Source: Pseudobacteriovorax sp.
GTDB lineage: Bacteria; Bdellovibrionota_B; Oligoflexia; Oligoflexales; Oligoflexaceae
DNA length: 64,000 bases
Reading direction: 5' to 3'
NCBI GenBank assembly: GCA_050293845.1
Contig: JBNKNM010000001.1
Span: 1-64,000, forward strand
Program-made: the position numbers and the translations under genes
Shown here: positions 59,333 through 64,000 of the stretch, in pieces
Layout of the letters: the number at the start of each line of letters is the position of its first letter
Numbering within the stretch: the stretch's first letter is position 1
The notes under the pieces: generated by a model
Databases searched by the model: none
Seen by the model: the letters and a program-made list of their open reading frames with translations, nothing else
What the model was told of the DNA's origin: nothing

Positions 59333-61231
59333 GTGTTGATGAAATTAAAAATTTTTTCTCATAGTGGTCGGGATGTTGTTTTCTATCTTTCAATGCTGCT
59401 TGCCAGCTCAATCATTATCATCTATGCGAGCAAGTTCGTATCAATCTTATTTAATCTAAAAGGTTGGGGGTTACGTCCCCCATCTTGGGATCAAGCTGTT
59501 CATGCTCTTGATGCCATTCATTTTGCTAAAGCATTTCAAGAATTAGACCCAATACAATTCTTAGTTCAGATTCAAAACAGTGCTCTCTGGCCTCCAGTTG
59601 TTCCCTTATTGCAATCAATTTACCTACTCTTCACTGATTTGAGCATAGCCAGTGTTCGCAATTCAATTGCATTTTGCACTATAATCTCTACTCTGGCTAT
59701 ATTCTACTCGGGCTGGAAGTTAGATAAAACCTGGGGATTTGCAGTAGGCCTTTTAGCATCAGCTATTCTATTGGTCAGTCCTGAGTTCCAAGAGTTTTCG
59801 CTTCAGGTTATGCTGGAAGTTCCTGGAATCGCTCTAACCCTAATAACTTTTTTTCTATACTGTCATTACCTGGATGAAAGGAATCCTAAGTATTGGCGTC
59901 GCACCGTTATCTCAGCTACAGTTCTGTTTTTTGCTAAGTTCAATTATGCAATTATGATTTTTCTCCCGATACTTTGCAATGAATGGTTGCTACGGCCTGA
60001 AATGCGGCAATCCATATATGACGCCCTAAGCTATCTAAGGCATAGAATTCGCTGGTGGCACCCCTTTGCAATTTTTGTATATATCTACTTATGCTTCTTA
60101 ATCTATGTTCATTTTGTTGGAATACGTTTTGAATTGTTGGGAAGAATCGTACTGATAAGACGTGCTTGGGGCAACCCCCTCTACCTACTTATATTCATAA
60201 CAATGATCAGAATGCTGATTTTCCAGCGCCAAGAATGGCGACTCTACCTAAACCACCTTTGGAATGCACCAGGTCTCTGGCGTCCTGTAGTTCGCTTATT
60301 TTTGTTACCAGTAGCAATTTGGATGAGCTACCCTCCTTTTTTTTCAACATTTTTTATATTTCTTTTTAGCGAATCGACCCGCAAGCAAACGTTTTTTTCC
60401 ACAGAGACACTCCGTTTCTATCCCGGAGCATTCGTTGAGAATTACAGTGCCAATTATGGAATCGCAGCAGCAATTATCATTGGAGTTGTCATCTCCTTTT
60501 TGAGCTGGCGTGTATTGTCGCCAAAAATAAGGTTTTTAATCGGCATTGTAGTCTTCAATCTGATCTTAGTTCTCAGCCACCCTAACTATCAAAAACGATA
60601 TCTGCTTACGACCGCTCCCTTTATATTCCTTCTTGGTACGTTTGGCCTTACGCTTCCTTTACAGCTACTCTTGAAACGCCGCTTGACGATTGCCACTGTT
60701 GTTTCTCGGGTGGGAAGTATTACGGCTTTTCTTGTCATTGTTGGCTATATTGGTTTTGATCCACAAGCCTTACAGGAACGTTTTGTAAAGCAAACCCTTT
60801 CACCTACCTTTCGCACCTTATCTGAAAAAATTTGCCTCCACACGTACCGGGCCCAGAACAACGCTATAATAGGATTGACAGGTTTTCTTAATCCAGCTGC
60901 TATAGCAATGACCTGTTATCAGCAACATCCAGATATCAAGAGATCCCAATTACCAACAACCATGACACGACTGGGTTTTCATGGTTATCAAGATGGTGCT
61001 AAAGTGGTATCCACGGGAAAAATAGATCAATTTTTTGTCGCTGATTACTCCAAAGTTAAGCGCTCTGTTGGTCGACAGCAAGAAGCATTTTTACTTCCAG
61101 GTGCCCGTTCGAGTTTGCCAAAATTAAACCTATATCGACTGGTGGACTTTATTGTCGACCCTGATAGTCACCTCGAACTGTCAGTCTACAAACGTTTATC
61201 AAAACCATCACGTATTACTCGTAAACCCTAG
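59333..61231 (+). CDS. GT-C fold membrane glycosyltransferase (family 39/ArnT/PMT-like)
   Basis: WDQAVH, WPPVVP, MLEVP, FAKFNY, RYLL; many TM helices plus a C-terminal soluble domain. Confidence 0.72.
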   Translation: MLMKLKIFSHSGRDVVFYLSMLLASSIIIIYASKFVSILFNLKGWGLRPPSWDQAVHALDAIHFAKAFQELDPIQFLVQIQNSALWPPVVPLLQSIYLLFTDLSIASVRNSIAFCTIISTLAIFYSGWKLDKTWGFAVGLLASAILLVSPEFQEFSLQVMLEVPGIALTLITFFLYCHYLDERNPKYWRRTVISATVLFFAKFNYAIMIFLPILCNEWLLRPEMRQSIYDALSYLRHRIRWWHPFAIFVYIYLCFLIYVHFVGIRFELLGRIVLIRRAWGNPLYLLIFITMIRMLIFQRQEWRLYLNHLWNAPGLWRPVVRLFLLPVAIWMSYPPFFSTFFIFLFSESTRKQTFFSTETLRFYPGAFVENYSANYGIAAAIIIGVVISFLSWRVLSPKIRFLIGIVVFNLILVLSHPNYQKRYLLTTAPFIFLLGTFGLTLPLQLLLKRRLTIATVVSRVGSITAFLVIVGYIGFDPQALQERFVKQTLSPTFRTLSEKICLHTYRAQNNAIIGLTGFLNPAAIAMTCYQQHPDIKRSQLPTTMTRLGFHGYQDGAKVVSTGKIDQFFVADYSKVKRSVGRQQEAFLLPGARSSLPKLNLYRLVDFIVDPDSHLELSVYKRLSKPSRITRKP

Positions 61232-61267
61232 TTATGGTTTCTTTTTTATTCATGTGAGGAGCATGGG

Positions 61268-62275
61268 ATGCAAAACTTAATTACCTACTCCATTATTATT
61301 CCTGTCTTCAACGAAGAAGAAAGCTTACCTCGTCTTTTTGAAAGATTACAAATCATACTGGACCAATTAGATGGTAGCTGTGAAGTTATTCTAATCGATG
61401 ATGGCTCCCATGATAAAAGCTTATCTCTTATGAAACAGTTTCATCGCCAAGATTCGCGCTTTTTGGCCATTTCCTTTTCGCGTAACTTTGGTCATCAGAT
61501 GGCTTTAACAGCTGGTCTAGACTATGCCCGAGGACGAGCGATCATCACTATGGACGCTGATTTACAGGACCCCCCTGAACTGATCTATGAGCTAGTGAAA
61601 AAGTGGCAAGACGGATATGAATTAGTATATGCGGTACGTCGCAGCCGAAATGTAGATCAAAGGTTTAAACGCTACAGTGCGATCGCATTTTATCACGTCT
61701 TACGATTTTTAGCCTCAATACAAGCTCCTGTGAACTCAGCAGATTTTCGTTTGATCGATCGTAAGGTTCTTCGGTCATTTCAAGAGCTTCGAGAAAAAAA
61801 CCGCTATATCCGGGGTCTTTTTTCATGGCTAGGCTACCATCAAACTGAAGTCTACTATGACCGAGAACCGCGCTATGCAGGAGAAACCAAATACCCATTG
61901 ATTAAGATGATCAATCTGGCTTTCGATGCCATTATAAGTTTTTCGACTCTTCCTCTTAAGTTGTGTATCACCATTGGATTTACAGTGTCATCCCTCGCCT
62001 TTATCTATGGAATTTGGAACATAGTCGCAAAAATGTTTGGAATAGGGACTTATGTTAGCGGATGGGCATCCCTAGCTGTGTTAATATCTTTTTTAGGAGG
62101 TATCCACATCTTCCTGATTGGCATTCTTGGCGAATATATTTCACGCATATACGATGAAGTGCGCGGTCGCCCATTGTATGTTATTCGTGAATTTGTTGGT
62201 GAATACCAGCGAGACTCACAAAAATCTTCTGAATATCCCCACGTATCAAGTCAAGCCTCTCAGCCTGTATTATAG
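61268..62275 (+). CDS. Polyprenyl-phosphate glycosyltransferase, GT2 (GtrB/ArnC-like)
   Basis: IIPVFNEE, DDGSHD, SRNFGHQ, MDADLQDPP, DFRLIDR, two C-terminal TMs, GEYISRIYDEVRGRP. Confidence 0.94.
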   Translation: MQNLITYSIIIPVFNEEESLPRLFERLQIILDQLDGSCEVILIDDGSHDKSLSLMKQFHRQDSRFLAISFSRNFGHQMALTAGLDYARGRAIITMDADLQDPPELIYELVKKWQDGYELVYAVRRSRNVDQRFKRYSAIAFYHVLRFLASIQAPVNSADFRLIDRKVLRSFQELREKNRYIRGLFSWLGYHQTEVYYDREPRYAGETKYPLIKMINLAFDAIISFSTLPLKLCITIGFTVSSLAFIYGIWNIVAKMFGIGTYVSGWASLAVLISFLGGIHIFLIGILGEYISRIYDEVRGRPLYVIREFVGEYQRDSQKSSEYPHVSSQASQPVL

Positions 62276-62884
62276 TCTCAAGACTCAAATTACATAACTA
62301 TCTATATTTATTAAAATAAAGATATTTTCTAAGGATACTATCCCATACAAGTAGGGGGGTTGATAGAGGTAGAGATGACTTAACCTGCACAATTCAGATC
62401 AAACCAAGCTATGACGCGATCCAAAAACTTTGGCGAGTATCGGGTTATGTAGTCACAGAACGAAGGAGCTAGTACAACATGGCGGCTATCAACATCCTCG
62501 TAAAGCTTGCCAGCTATGGACGCCGCAAAATTCTCACCATCTACCCTGACACATCTGAGACAGAACTTAGACTTGCAAGAATGAGACACTACGTTATAAA
62601 AATCAACCGTATTTAATTGATATTACTACATATTTACAAAAAGATGTGAATCACTTGCAAGACGCAAGTTCACATCGAAATAAATTAAATAGCTATAGTA
62701 AGACCTGCACCGCAAAATTTACACCATCACATAAGTTGCAAGAGCATGGCTGATATCACTGCCACAGGAACGAAAGAAACAAAAAACTATTCCTTTTTCC
62801 CTAATAATTTTTATCCATGATAATCATGATTTTGCTATGCTACGGCAATTGATCCGGAAACCGCATTAGCTTAGGGATGATTCT

Positions 62885-64000
62885 ATGCTCTATTTTTGCC
62901 TCTTCTTTATAGCCTTTTATACTTCTCACTTATCTGCCTACACCCTTACAGAAATCTTGTCCCTCAGTCGCAAACATGCAAAAGAAGCACAACTGTTCTA
63001 TCAGGAAAAACAGCAAATAGAAGAGTTATCACGATCCCTGCAAAGTGCCTATGATAGCCAACTGCGCTTTGATTTTACCGAAACCAAGGATGACGGTTTA
63101 CTAAACCAACTCACCCAGGGCGAAAGACGTTATGGGATCAACAGAAAACTGGGGATTTCCCGCTACTTTCCTACAGGCACCACATTAAGCCTTAACAACG
63201 AATGGAATCAGCAAAAAGCCTATCTAAACTTTCCTACGAATCAAGCCAACTCCTTAAACCTTCCCCGTTTCAACCCCATCCATGAGTTTAAATATACCCT
63301 CACTATCCATCAGCAGATTTGGAAAAACCTCGGCGCAAAGCTTCTGACCTTACAAGAGCAAGTAAAGCAACTTGCCTCTATCACTCCCGAATACGAAGCT
63401 GAAATAAAATCCCAAGCGATCCAATTTGAAGCCGCAACCCTTTACTTCCGTCTGATATCTCTCAACCACACTTTAACTTTAGTGAGAGATCTTATTAAAG
63501 AGTCTCATAACTTCCTAAGCCTGATAAAGCAGCGACGCACCTTGGGTCGTTCTGATGATGTGGATGTCGCTAGTGCAGAAACTGAATTAATAAAAAGAGA
63601 AGGTCTAGAACTCGATACATTGATACAACGAGATTTGATTAAGACTAGGCTCGCTCATCTTACTTTAAAGGGCAGCAAAACATTTACAAAACCCTTCCCT
63701 CTAACCTTTCCCCGCCACTACCCAAAATATAATACTGAAAAGCTCGTAGAGCAGGCGAAAACAAGTCGGCTTGATATACAGCTTGTAGATCGCTTGCTTG
63801 CGAGCATCCCTATCGAGGAGTCCCTTGTATCTGAACAGGAAAAACCAGAAGTAAACCTCTATGCAAGCTTTGGAAAAAGAGGGCTTGGTAAAAATCTACA
63901 AGATGCGAATCGCGATCTCGATAACGGTACCTTAGAACTCTATGGATTGGAATTCGTCTGGAACTGGGAAAATCAGGGAACGGAGAGTCAAAGGGCCGCT
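62885..64000 (+). CDS. TolC-family outer membrane protein (partial, runs off the window; absent from the ORF track)
   Basis: My translation gives signal MLYFCLFFIAFYTSHLSA, YTLTEILSLS, RYFPTGTTLSL, QQIWKN, TLYFRL...RRTLGRSDDVDVASAE, RLDIQ, KPEVNLYAS. The frame reads open to the window end. Confidence 0.8.
   Translation, partial: MLYFCLFFIAFYTSHLSAYTLTEILSLSRKHAKEAQLFYQEKQQIEELSRSLQSAYDSQLRFDFTETKDDGLLNQLTQGERRYGINRKLGISRYFPTGTTLSLNNEWNQQKAYLNFPTNQANSLNLPRFNPIHEFKYTLTIHQQIWKNLGAKLLTLQEQVKQLASITPEYEAEIKSQAIQFEAATLYFRLISLNHTLTLVRDLIKESHNFLSLIKQRRTLGRSDDVDVASAETELIKREGLELDTLIQRDLIKTRLAHLTLKGSKTFTKPFPLTFPRHYPKYNTEKLVEQAKTSRLDIQLVDRLLASIPIEESLVSEQEKPEVNLYASFGKRGLGKNLQDANRDLDNGTLELYGLEFVWNWENQGTESQRAA

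Noticed and set aside
62380..62589. 69-aa minus-strand ORF
   Set aside because: GTG start without a clear RBS and no recognisable family. It may be real but is unsupported.

Overview
A gene-dense bacterial chromosomal segment of moderate GC content, made up mostly of housekeeping genes. The gene content (TIGR02147/DUF4423-like HTH protein, GldAFG-like ABC transporter, stand-alone PrkA, long-type PhhA, PilD beside a GGDEF protein) suggests Bdellovibrionota, probably Oligoflexia. That taxonomy is an inference. I found no rRNA, tRNA, CRISPR array, integrase or transposase. Confidently recognised genes include hppA, pilD, mutS2, fused 2-oxoacid dehydrogenase E1, pta, lgt, pyrE-pyrF, phhA, mnmA, rarA, purH, phoH2, prkA, infC, prs and frmA-fghA. 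The best leads are five. (1) A self-contained six-gene type II FAS-like cluster (enoyl reductase-like SDR, dehydratase, ketosynthase, atypical NS-motif ACP, acyltransferase, dedicated PPTase) with unknown product. (2) A 107-nt rod-like hairpin in the purH leader with alternative pairings that could cover the start codon and that I cannot assign to a known riboswitch. (3) An operon pilD-GGDEF-thioesterase-DUF4105 (Lnb-like lipoprotein N-acyltransferase)-membrane-anchored ECF-like sigma factor. (4) An animal-type glutaminyl cyclase-like lipoprotein near lgt. (5) A plant-type K+-dependent H+-pyrophosphatase. All family assignments come from motif recognition by eye; no database search was run.
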